Under the pieces are notes generated by a model. It was given only the letters and a program-made list of their open reading frames with translations, searched no databases and was not told the DNA's origin. Source: an uncultured Eggerthella sp. (lineage in GTDB: Bacteria; Actinomycetota; Coriobacteriia; Coriobacteriales; Eggerthellaceae). From it: DNA of 64,000 bases. Positions 17,404 to 25,200 of this stretch are shown here, piece by piece (the stretch's first letter is position 1; every line of letters begins with the position of its first letter). Both the position numbers and the translations under genes were made by a program. Location of the stretch: positions 5,306 to 69,305 of the forward strand of contig CAJKUH010000007.1 in the NCBI GenBank assembly GCA_905203045.1. The letters run 5' to 3'.

Positions 17404-19017
17404 CTATTTGAACGTCACGTTGCCAAACTCGGAGAGCTTCAGGTCGGGGTTGTGCTCGGTGGCGTAGCGAAGGTTCCATTCGCTGGTGAACAGCAGAAGC
17501 TTTTCGCCGCGCATGTTTTCCACGCGGTAGGTGTCGTGTGTGAGGTTCAGCTTCGGTACGTCCACTTCTTCGGGGTTGGCAACCCAGCGGATAATGGAAT
17601 AGGGAAGGCCCTGACGGCGCACTTCCACGTTGTATTCGTTCTTCAGACGGGTTTCCAGCACTTCGAACTGCAGCACGCCGACGGCGCCCACGATAACGCT
17701 TTCCATGCCAGCGCCCAGCTCGCGGAAGATCTGGATAGCGCCTTCCTGCGCCAGCTCTTCCATGCCCTTCACGAACTGCTTGCGCTTCAGCGTGTTCACC
17801 TGGGTCACCTTGGCAAACATTTCCGGCGCGAACATCGGGATGGCGGGGAACTGCACCTTGTGCTTTGCCGCGCATACGGTGTCGCCGATAGAGAAGATGC
17901 CGGGGTCGAACAAGCCCACGATGTCGCCGGCGTATGCCTCGTCGACAATGGCGCGGTCGTCTGCCATCAGCGACGTGCCCGTTGCCAGCTTCAGCTTCTT
18001 CTTGCCCTGCATATGGTAGGCTTCCATGCCGCGTTCGAATTTGCCCGAGCAGATGCGCACGAAGGCAATGCGGTCGCGGTGGTTCTTGTCCATGTTTGCC
18101 TGGATCTTGAACACGAAGCCCGAGAAATCGTTGGACATCGGGTCTACTTCGGTGTCGGTAAGGCAATCAGTGTAGGGGCGCGGTGTGGGCGCCAGCTCCA
18201 GGAAGCCCTTCAGGAACGGCTCAACGCCGAAGTTGGTAAGGGCGGAACCGAAGAACACCGGCGAAAGCTTGCCGGAGCGCACTGCTTCCAAATCGAGTTC
18301 GTCGCCTGCGCCGTCCAAAAGCTCGATGTCGTCCATCAGGTTCTCGTGGTTGTCTTTGCCGATAAGCTCGTCAAGCGAGGAATCGCCTAGCTCGGCTTCG
18401 ATTTCCTGGACCTTCTTAGCGGAATTGCCGCGGCCGTCGCCGTCGAAGGCGATAACCTGGCGCGTGCGGCGGTCGAACACACCGCGGAAGTTGTGGCCGC
18501 AGCCGATGGGCCAGTTCATGGGATAGGTTCCGATGCCCAGCACTGTTTCGATTTCTTCCATCAAGTCGAATGGGTCGCGTGCTTCGCGGTCGAGCTTGTT
18601 CACGAAGGTGAAGATGGGGATGTGGCGCAGCGTGCATACCTTGAACAGCTTCTTGGTTTGCGCCTCTACGCCCTTGGCGGCGTCGATAACCATAACGGCG
18701 GCGTCGGCTGCCATCAGGGTACGGTACGTGTCTTCGGAAAAGTCCTGGTGACCGGGGGTATCCAGGATGTTCACGCAGCAGCCATCGTAGTTGAACTGTA
18801 GCACCGAAGAGGTAACGGAAATTCCGCGCTCCTTTTCGATGTCCATCCAGTCGGAAACGGCATGCTTCGAGCTGCTTTTGCCTTTAACCGAGCCAGCGGT
18901 TTGGATGCTGCCGGTATACAACAGCAGCTTTTCGGTGAGCGTTGTTTTGCCCGCGTCAGGGTGCGAGATAATGGCAAAGGTGCGCCTTGAGGCGATTTCT
19001 TCTTGCAAGCTTGACAT
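17404..19017 (-). CDS. prfC: peptide chain release factor 3
   Basis: GTPase motifs AIISHPDAGKTT, DTPGHQDF and NKLD, and RF3 C-terminal domains. Start at MSSLQEE. Confidence 0.9.
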   Translation of the reverse strand: MSSLQEEIASRRTFAIISHPDAGKTTLTEKLLLYTGSIQTAGSVKGKSSSKHAVSDWMDIEKERGISVTSSVLQFNYDGCCVNILDTPGHQDFSEDTYRTLMAADAAVMVIDAAKGVEAQTKKLFKVCTLRHIPIFTFVNKLDREARDPFDLMEEIETVLGIGTYPMNWPIGCGHNFRGVFDRRTRQVIAFDGDGRGNSAKKVQEIEAELGDSSLDELIGKDNHENLMDDIELLDGAGDELDLEAVRSGKLSPVFFGSALTNFGVEPFLKGFLELAPTPRPYTDCLTDTEVDPMSNDFSGFVFKIQANMDKNHRDRIAFVRICSGKFERGMEAYHMQGKKKLKLATGTSLMADDRAIVDEAYAGDIVGLFDPGIFSIGDTVCAAKHKVQFPAIPMFAPEMFAKVTQVNTLKRKQFVKGMEELAQEGAIQIFRELGAGMESVIVGAVGVLQFEVLETRLKNEYNVEVRRQGLPYSIIRWVANPEEVDVPKLNLTHDTYRVENMRGEKLLLFTSEWNLRYATEHNPDLKLSEFGNVTFK

Positions 19018-19264
19018 GTGGTTCCTTCTGATTGTGCATTGTTGGCCCAAAGGTGGGCATAGATAGTGCAGCCACTAGCCTAAAGCAAGACCAGCGCCTG
19101 CAACAGGGGGGAAGCGCTGTTTTATACACGCTTTACGGATTCAGGGCCGGTTATTGACCGCCGACCTTTCCCGCATCGTTGAAGCTGCCGTGATACGGGC
19201 GTCGCATTTGGTATAGTTCCTTCGACCTGTAGTTGTTTAAGCGCTTTTTGCGGAAAGGGAAGGT

Positions 19265-19729
19265 ATGGAATTTGTTGTTGTTCCCCAGGGAAAACGTTCC
19301 CCTGAGCTGATTGGGCGCTTGGTAGATGTGTGGGAGCGCTCGGTCCGCGCCACGCATCTGTTTCTTACCGAAGAAAACATTCTGCGCATCAAGGAATACG
19401 TGCCGCAGGCGATGGCGGCGGTTGCCGTGCTTGTGGTTGCCGAAGACGACGGTGAGCCCGTTGCCTTCATGGGCGTGCACAAAGGTGTGCTTGAAATGCT
19501 GTTCATCGATCCTGCGCATCGTGGCAAGGGCTTGGGAAAGCGTCTGCTTTCCGTTGGCGTGCGTGACCATGAAGCGCGCGAGCTTTCCGTAAACGAGCAG
19601 AACCCGCAGGCGGTGGGGTTCTACGAGCATCTGGGCTACGAGGTGTTCAAGCGCACCGAATGCGATGAGCAGGGCGACCCGTTCCCCTTGCTGTATATGC
19701 GCCTGCCGGAAGATGCGCCGGCGTTTTAG
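19265..19729 (+). CDS. GNAT family N-acetyltransferase
   Basis: 154 aa with the acetyl-CoA binding motif FIDPAHRGKGLGKRLL. Confidence 0.8.
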   Translation: MEFVVVPQGKRSPELIGRLVDVWERSVRATHLFLTEENILRIKEYVPQAMAAVAVLVVAEDDGEPVAFMGVHKGVLEMLFIDPAHRGKGLGKRLLSVGVRDHEARELSVNEQNPQAVGFYEHLGYEVFKRTECDEQGDPFPLLYMRLPEDAPAF

Positions 19730-19890
19730 GATTTCCGCCGATGCCGGCGGCTCTGTGGCGCAATGCCTGGGGCATCGTTCACTTTGCTACAATAGGCGCC
19801 ATGATACGTCGCAACAACATTACGTTTCCTATCCTCCTTGGCATGTGATCGATCGTTTTTCGGGTCGGTCACACGTAGAGGAGGATTTTT

Positions 19891-20214
19891 ATGTCGTGGG
19901 TGTATTTGTTCATCGCCGGTTTGGGCGAGTGCTTCTGGGCAGCGATGATGAAGCTGTCTGATGGGTTTTCGAATCTTGGATATTCGATTGCCACCGTTGC
20001 TGGCATGATTGCCAGCTTCGCGTTTTTGATTTTGGCAACGAAGCATCTTCCCTTAAGTCTTGCGTACCCTATTTGGACGGGTATCGGTGCGGTGGGTGCC
20101 GTGCTTATCGGTGTGCTGGTGTTCAAGGACTCGCTTTCGCCGGCAACGGGCTTTTTCATATGCTTGCTCATTGTTGGAATAGTGGGCATTAAGCTTACTT
20201 CGGGTCAAGCTTAG
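19891..20214 (+). CDS. SMR family small multidrug/guanidinium exporter (SugE/Gdx-like)
   Basis: 107 aa and 4 TM segments. Conserved Glu in TM1 (GLGECFWAAMMK). RBS GGAGGA. Confidence 0.85.
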   Translation: MSWVYLFIAGLGECFWAAMMKLSDGFSNLGYSIATVAGMIASFAFLILATKHLPLSLAYPIWTGIGAVGAVLIGVLVFKDSLSPATGFFICLLIVGIVGIKLTSGQA

Positions 20215-20470
20215 GAATCCGTTTGGATGGGGCATTCGGCGTCGTTGCTTCCAGAACGGGCGAAAGGGGGCTTCTGCTTTGAAAGGGAAAATCAGTCAGC
20301 GTGAGCAATTCCAACATGCGCTTAAGGCCAAAGGCGGCAGGCCCCATTCTTCAAAGCCTTCATATAGCGCGAAGGGGAGAGGCCCCAATAAAGCGGCTGG
20401 CAGCAAGGGCGGCATTCGCCGACAGGGTTCTAAGCACTAAAAGGCAGTTAGTTATCGAACGCTGAGTTGG

Positions 20471-20516
20471 AGCAGGGTGCTTCATCCTCTGTTGAGGGGG
20501 GGTGAAGCACCCTGCT
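20471..20516. terminator. strong hairpin between convergent SMR (+) and esterase (-) genes
   Basis: 14-bp stem AGCAGGGTGCTTCA...TGAAGCACCCTGCT with an 18-nt loop. Confidence 0.5.
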
Positions 20517-20537
20517 TGCGTTTCATAGGAAAGGCTT

Positions 20538-21227
20538 TCAACTGGGAAGGTTTTCCAGGGCCCAGCATATGCCCTTTGCCATGCGCAGGTCCGGTTCTTT
20601 GAAATGGTTGCCGGGGTTCTTCTCGAAGTAGGCGGGGACGCCCTTGGCCTTGAAACTTTCGATAACGCTTTGCGTTCCGCTGGCCACATTGCGAAGAAGG
20701 CGGCTGGGGGTTTTCGCTTCCTTGGATCCCAGGGAAAAGTAGGCACCTTTCAAAGGGCTGAGCAAAGGGTTTTCGGCAACGAATTCGGCAAAGCCTGGGT
20801 ACCACAGCGAGCCCGAGGCGCTTATGGAAGCATCGAATATGTCGGTTTTGAAGGGTGCCCAGGCAGCGAACAATCCAGCAAGGGAATAGCCGGCTATGCA
20901 TCGGTGGGAAGGCTTTGCCCCAAGGTGGCTTTCTACAGTCGATACAACGTGCTCAAGCGTGTTGAGCTGTTGTTCGGCCCTGCCGGCGAAGGGCTTGTCT
21001 TCAGCGAAAATGCCCTCGCAGGGCCAGGGCGTGAGGGCATCGTTCCAGTTTTCAACTTCTACTGACACGAGCGTGAGGTTTTGGGCGCCAAAAGCCTTGC
21101 ATTGCTGCCAAACATCCTGCCCGTTTCCTTGTATCGTTTGCAAATACACTATAGTGTCATTATATACTATCGCATTACAACTTTTATAGATGGTAATAGT
21201 TTCACCTGATAGATTAAGTGTTTGCAT
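20538..21227 (-). CDS. alpha/beta-hydrolase fold esterase
   Basis: 229 aa with the GYSLAG nucleophile elbow (GxSxG) and a C-terminal His region. The first ~35 codons are strikingly AT-rich. Confidence 0.7.
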   Translation of the reverse strand: MQTLNLSGETITIYKSCNAIVYNDTIVYLQTIQGNGQDVWQQCKAFGAQNLTLVSVEVENWNDALTPWPCEGIFAEDKPFAGRAEQQLNTLEHVVSTVESHLGAKPSHRCIAGYSLAGLFAAWAPFKTDIFDASISASGSLWYPGFAEFVAENPLLSPLKGAYFSLGSKEAKTPSRLLRNVASGTQSVIESFKAKGVPAYFEKNPGNHFKEPDLRMAKGICWALENLPS

Positions 21228-21261
21228 TACTGACCCTACCGTGTCTTACTTATCTGACCAA

Positions 21262-21296
21262 TAAAAAAGCGGCGTTGGAAACTTCCGACGCCGCTT
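21262..21296 (-). terminator. terminator of the deformylase-like gene
   Basis: AAAGCGGCGTTGGAA-ac-TTCCGACGCCGCTTT hairpin. On the minus strand it is followed by TTTTTATTGG. Confidence 0.65.
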
Positions 21297-21310
21297 TACT
21301 TGCGTGTTGG

Positions 21311-21733
21311 CTAAACCAACTTGCCCTTGCCGTGATCAGTCATGTGCTGGATAAGCTGGGCAACCCATCCACGGAAATCCTTCTTACGGGAAACCAGCTT
21401 GCCATCTACCAGTTCCTGATAGCTTACCTTCACCTTTTCGTAGCGGGTGCTTACCGTAGGCTCTTCGTGGGTAAAGCAGCTTTCCGTTTCCTTTTTGGGA
21501 ACCAAGCCGATCAAGATGGTGGGGTTGTACATCACGTGGGGCTTGTCGTTTTCGTCGAGGTAGGCGAACAGGTTCTTCGTCACACCAATCTGGTTGGCAT
21601 GCACGCATGCTGCGCCTTCAAGCGAAGCCAAGGTGTCAAGCAGGTCCTGCGCTACGGCTGCATCTTCGGCAGTAGCCTTTTCGCACGGCGTGCTCAGCAG
21701 CGCTTCATCGTGGGTGAATTCTTTGATGCTCAT
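21311..21733 (-). CDS. peptide deformylase-like protein (catalytic Glu of HExxH not conserved)
   Basis: 140 aa. PDF motif 1 GAACVHANQIG and motif 2 ESCFT are present. Motif 3 reads QHMTDH rather than QHExxH. RBS AAGGATGG. Confidence 0.6.
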   Translation of the reverse strand: MSIKEFTHDEALLSTPCEKATAEDAAVAQDLLDTLASLEGAACVHANQIGVTKNLFAYLDENDKPHVMYNPTILIGLVPKKETESCFTHEEPTVSTRYEKVKVSYQELVDGKLVSRKKDFRGWVAQLIQHMTDHGKGKLV

Positions 21734-21858
21734 CTATCCATCCTTTTTTGTGGGGGTATTTTATCCTTCGTAGACCGTTTCGTATTTTATCGCACGTCTG
21801 CCCAGGGCACTTTCTTAGAACCTGTGCGTAGCTGGGCCGATTGCGTGAAAGGGGGCGC

Positions 21859-24800
21859 TTATACGCTGAGCTTTGCGCAAGTGGAAAGCAGGCTTTGCAT
21901 ATCGAGCGGCTTCACCAAATAGGCGTTCATGCCGGCCTTCTTGCAGCTTTGCTTGTCATCCTCGAGCGCTTTTGCCGTCATGGCAATGATAGGGGTGCTC
22001 TGTGCATCGCTGCGCTTCAACGCCCTAATTGCCCTGGTTGCCTCGACGCCGTCCATAACGGGCATCATCAGGTCCATCAGAACAAGGGAATAGGTGCCTT
22101 CGGGGGCCGCCTGGAAAACATCGACGGCTTCGCGTCCGTTCCAGGCCTTTTCGACCAGGGCCCCGGCGGAGGCAAGGTAGAACTCGGCGATTTCCATATT
22201 GATGTCGTTGTCCTCTACCACCAGGATGCGCTTGCCGCTTAGTGATACTTCTTCTGGCGCTTTGGCTTCGCATTGCTTTTCTGCCGAAGCATCGACCTTG
22301 AAAGGCAAGCGGTAGACGAAGGTGGTGCCGTGTCCTTTCGCGCTTTTCACCTCAATAGTGCCGCCCATCTTGTCGATAAGCGCTTTGACGATGGGCATGC
22401 CAAGGCCTGTTCCCCTGTAATGGGTACGGGCATCGAACTGTTCCTGGGTGAACGGTTTGTAAAGCTGCTGCTCGATGAATTCTTGGCTCATGCCGATACC
22501 GGTATCGGTGATCTTGAACTCATAGAGCGCCGTCTCACCGTCGAAGGAGATTTCGGTGGCATAGGTGTCTATCTCGCCGTTTTCCCTGTTGTATTTCACG
22601 GCGTTGCTGAAGAGGTTCAACATGATCTGCCGCACGCGCAGGGGACTGCCGATAAGGTGGGTATGCACCATATCGCAGCGGTGGCTTCGGTGGACGAGCC
22701 CCGATTCGGCAATCTGGGCATCGATAAGTGCCCGCACGTCTGCCATTAGCTTTTCGATGTCGAAGCTTTCTTCTTCGAGGTCGTACGCACCGGAATCAAG
22801 CTTGCTCATATCGAGCACATCGTTTACCAAGTCAAGAAGATGGTCGGCCGAAACCTGAATCTTGTCCAAGCACTCCGTCGTTTTCGCAGGGTCATTGTTG
22901 CTTTGATGGATGATTTCCAACATGCCCATGATGCCGTTGATGGGGGTACGGAAGTCGTGGCTCATGCGGTTCATGAACTCGGTTTTCTGCTTGCTTTCCG
23001 CGTCGGCGGCAACCAGCGCTTCTTCAAGTTGCTGCATTTCCTTTTGCTCTTGCTCGTGGAAGGCAGAGGTGTCCTTGAAAAGGATAATGCCGCGCACCAC
23101 GGGCATTTCCGTTTGCGTAGCCTCATCGAAGGCAGTGTCGTGCGACATAAGGACGATCTTCTGCAGCCAGATGGGGCTGCCGTCTACGCCGTATTCCTGG
23201 TATTCGATGGTGAGCTGGCTCACGCCCGACTCGAAGCGCTTCAGGAGTTTTTCGGAGGTGTCGATAAGGCGATAGTTCTGCAGCGTTTCTTTCGTGACGT
23301 ATTCTGTGCGGGCACGGCAGTACTCGCTGTAGGAACAGGGGAGGTCCATGCCGATATCGTGGCGGTTGCTGGTTGCTTGAGAGAAGGCCTTTTCCAGCGT
23401 GTCGTGCGTAAGATCGACCGAATAGGCGGTTTGGGCGGAGTCGAGCAAAGCGTCGACGTAGTCGCCGTTGTCCATGATGGACTGCTTCATCTGGTCGTAG
23501 TAGCGCGAAAGACGTTCCTTTTCGCTGAGGTTCTCTTCGAAGAACGGCTCGAAGCCCAAAACGAAATGGTGCAGGGCTCCCTGTGCCGAATTGATTCGTA
23601 GCAGGGTAAGGCGGCCTTTCCTGTTGTTGCCGTTGTCGTAGCGGATTTCAAGGGCGCTGCCGTCTTCGGTTAGGCTGTGCGCAACGTTGCCCAAGGCTAG
23701 CTGTTTTCGCCCATCGAATTGGGCATCGGGGGCGAACACCGTGCGGGCAATTTCCTCGACGGCGCCCGAGTAGTTGCCTTCTTTGGCCAAGAACGCACGG
23801 GAAGAAGAAAGCAGCGTGCGGTATTGGTCGAGCAGGGCGTTGCAGTAAAGGCAGTCGGAAAAACGGTAACCGCGCTTTTCCACATACGCCAGAACCCGTC
23901 GGTCGGTTTGGCGGCGGCTTGCCTCTTCGGCGAGCTTTGCGCGGTTCTTGTCCAAGTACATGTTCTTGTCGGCCTGACGGAACAAGTCGCGCATGGTGCA
24001 CTCGTCGAAGTTGGAGGAAAGGGCGTAACCGGCCGCGTAGCTGATGGGCATTTCAGGGTGTTCGGCCGAGTACTCCGCCGTGTGCGAGCGTATCTCGTCG
24101 AGGCACGATTCCACGGCTTCTTGCGTGGCGTTCTGTATGATGGCGATGAACTCGTCGCCGCCTTGGCGTCCCACGAAGCACGACTCGCTTGCGGATTTCT
24201 GAAGCTGCAGGGCGAACGAGCGGATGTACTCGTCTCCCTTTTCGTGGCCGAGGTTGTTGTTGATGGTGCGTAGGTTGTTCAAGTCGAACATGCACAAGGC
24301 AACGGGCGCATCGCGGGAAATGGCGGCAGGGTTGCCCAGCAGTTCCTCGCATTTGTTCTTGTTGGGAAGCCCTGTTGCCTCGTCTAAGTACACCTTCTTT
24401 TGCAGGGCGCGGTTCAATGCGGCAAAACGCAGGGCGCGCGCCAGCTCGAACGCCATAAGGGCGATAAGGGCAACGATGTCCGCGATAACAACGCTTTCAA
24501 GATGGTTGAGGGCCGTTGCCTTTTCCTGCGAGTAGTTTTCTGCAAGCTTGGTTGCCTCGTCGCAGATGCCGAAGAACGTTTCGCTCATGGCAATGATGTT
24601 GGTGCTCTCGTAGCCATCTTTGCGAACCTTGGCGATTTCCGCGGTTAGCGTTGCGTAATAGACATTCAGTTCTTCCATCTTGCTTTGGAAGGCATCGTCG
24701 TCGAGGCGTACCAGGTTCAGCTCTTCGCTGCCGTAGCGCAAGCCGTTGATGTAGGAGTCAACGGCATCGATCAGACGGTCTTGTTGCTGTTGCGCGTCTT

Positions 24801-25065
24801 CAAGCTTTACGATGCGCTGCGTGGTGCCGCGTACAAGGCCTGCGTAGTTCACTACGCGTGCGGTGCCCTGGATATCTGCCACCAGCGACATGATGTCGAA
24901 GAACAGGAAAATCAGGAAAACGGTTAGAACCGTCATAAGGACGCGCACGATGCGGTTTGATTTTTTCGGCGGAGTTCTGTCCATCACCAAGGATTCTGCA
25001 GGTTTTGTTTCTGCTCTAAAATTTTTCTTAAATATCGCTATTCTAACATTTTGGCTTTCGGGCAT
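21859..25065 (-). CDS. multidomain signalling protein: TM/periplasmic sensor - GGDEF - PAS-like region - HisKA - HATPase_c - REC
   Basis: 1068 aa. GGDEF (RQGGDEFIAI). HisKA (MSHDFRTPINGIMGMLEI). HATPase (DTGIGMSQEF..GTGLGMPIVKAL). REC (ILVVEDNDINMEIAEF..LMDLMMPVMDG). N-terminal start uncertain: MPESQ at 25065, MDRT at 24984 or MTVL at 24936. Confidence 0.8.
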   Translation of the reverse strand: MPESQNVRIAIFKKNFRAETKPAESLVMDRTPPKKSNRIVRVLMTVLTVFLIFLFFDIMSLVADIQGTARVVNYAGLVRGTTQRIVKLEDAQQQQDRLIDAVDSYINGLRYGSEELNLVRLDDDAFQSKMEELNVYYATLTAEIAKVRKDGYESTNIIAMSETFFGICDEATKLAENYSQEKATALNHLESVVIADIVALIALMAFELARALRFAALNRALQKKVYLDEATGLPNKNKCEELLGNPAAISRDAPVALCMFDLNNLRTINNNLGHEKGDEYIRSFALQLQKSASESCFVGRQGGDEFIAIIQNATQEAVESCLDEIRSHTAEYSAEHPEMPISYAAGYALSSNFDECTMRDLFRQADKNMYLDKNRAKLAEEASRRQTDRRVLAYVEKRGYRFSDCLYCNALLDQYRTLLSSSRAFLAKEGNYSGAVEEIARTVFAPDAQFDGRKQLALGNVAHSLTEDGSALEIRYDNGNNRKGRLTLLRINSAQGALHHFVLGFEPFFEENLSEKERLSRYYDQMKQSIMDNGDYVDALLDSAQTAYSVDLTHDTLEKAFSQATSNRHDIGMDLPCSYSEYCRARTEYVTKETLQNYRLIDTSEKLLKRFESGVSQLTIEYQEYGVDGSPIWLQKIVLMSHDTAFDEATQTEMPVVRGIILFKDTSAFHEQEQKEMQQLEEALVAADAESKQKTEFMNRMSHDFRTPINGIMGMLEIIHQSNNDPAKTTECLDKIQVSADHLLDLVNDVLDMSKLDSGAYDLEEESFDIEKLMADVRALIDAQIAESGLVHRSHRCDMVHTHLIGSPLRVRQIMLNLFSNAVKYNRENGEIDTYATEISFDGETALYEFKITDTGIGMSQEFIEQQLYKPFTQEQFDARTHYRGTGLGMPIVKALIDKMGGTIEVKSAKGHGTTFVYRLPFKVDASAEKQCEAKAPEEVSLSGKRILVVEDNDINMEIAEFYLASAGALVEKAWNGREAVDVFQAAPEGTYSLVLMDLMMPVMDGVEATRAIRALKRSDAQSTPIIAMTAKALEDDKQSCKKAGMNAYLVKPLDMQSLLSTCAKLSV

Positions 25066-25200
25066 AGATAGGATGGGCTGCAGCAGCGCCGTAGGCGGCG
25101 GTCTGCTTGTTAACGGCTTTTAAGGCTTGCTTCGATGCGCTGGCATCAGCTGGTTTGATACAATCTGTTGAAGAAAATATGCACAGTGGGAAGGAAGACG

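Noticed and set aside
15907-18166. Large minus-strand ORFs (452 aa, 328 aa) and plus-strand ORFs opposite the MFS and prfC genes
   Set aside because: They overlap well-supported MFS and RF3 genes in antisense or shifted frames. Arg/Pro/His-rich, with no motifs.
19730-19890. Possible guanidine (ykkC / mini-ykkC) riboswitch upstream of the SMR/Gdx-like exporter
   Set aside because: No ACGR tetraloop hairpin pair and no ykkC conserved blocks (for example GGGACAAAAG). Only ACGT-containing segments and a short CCGCCG/CGGCGG hairpin.
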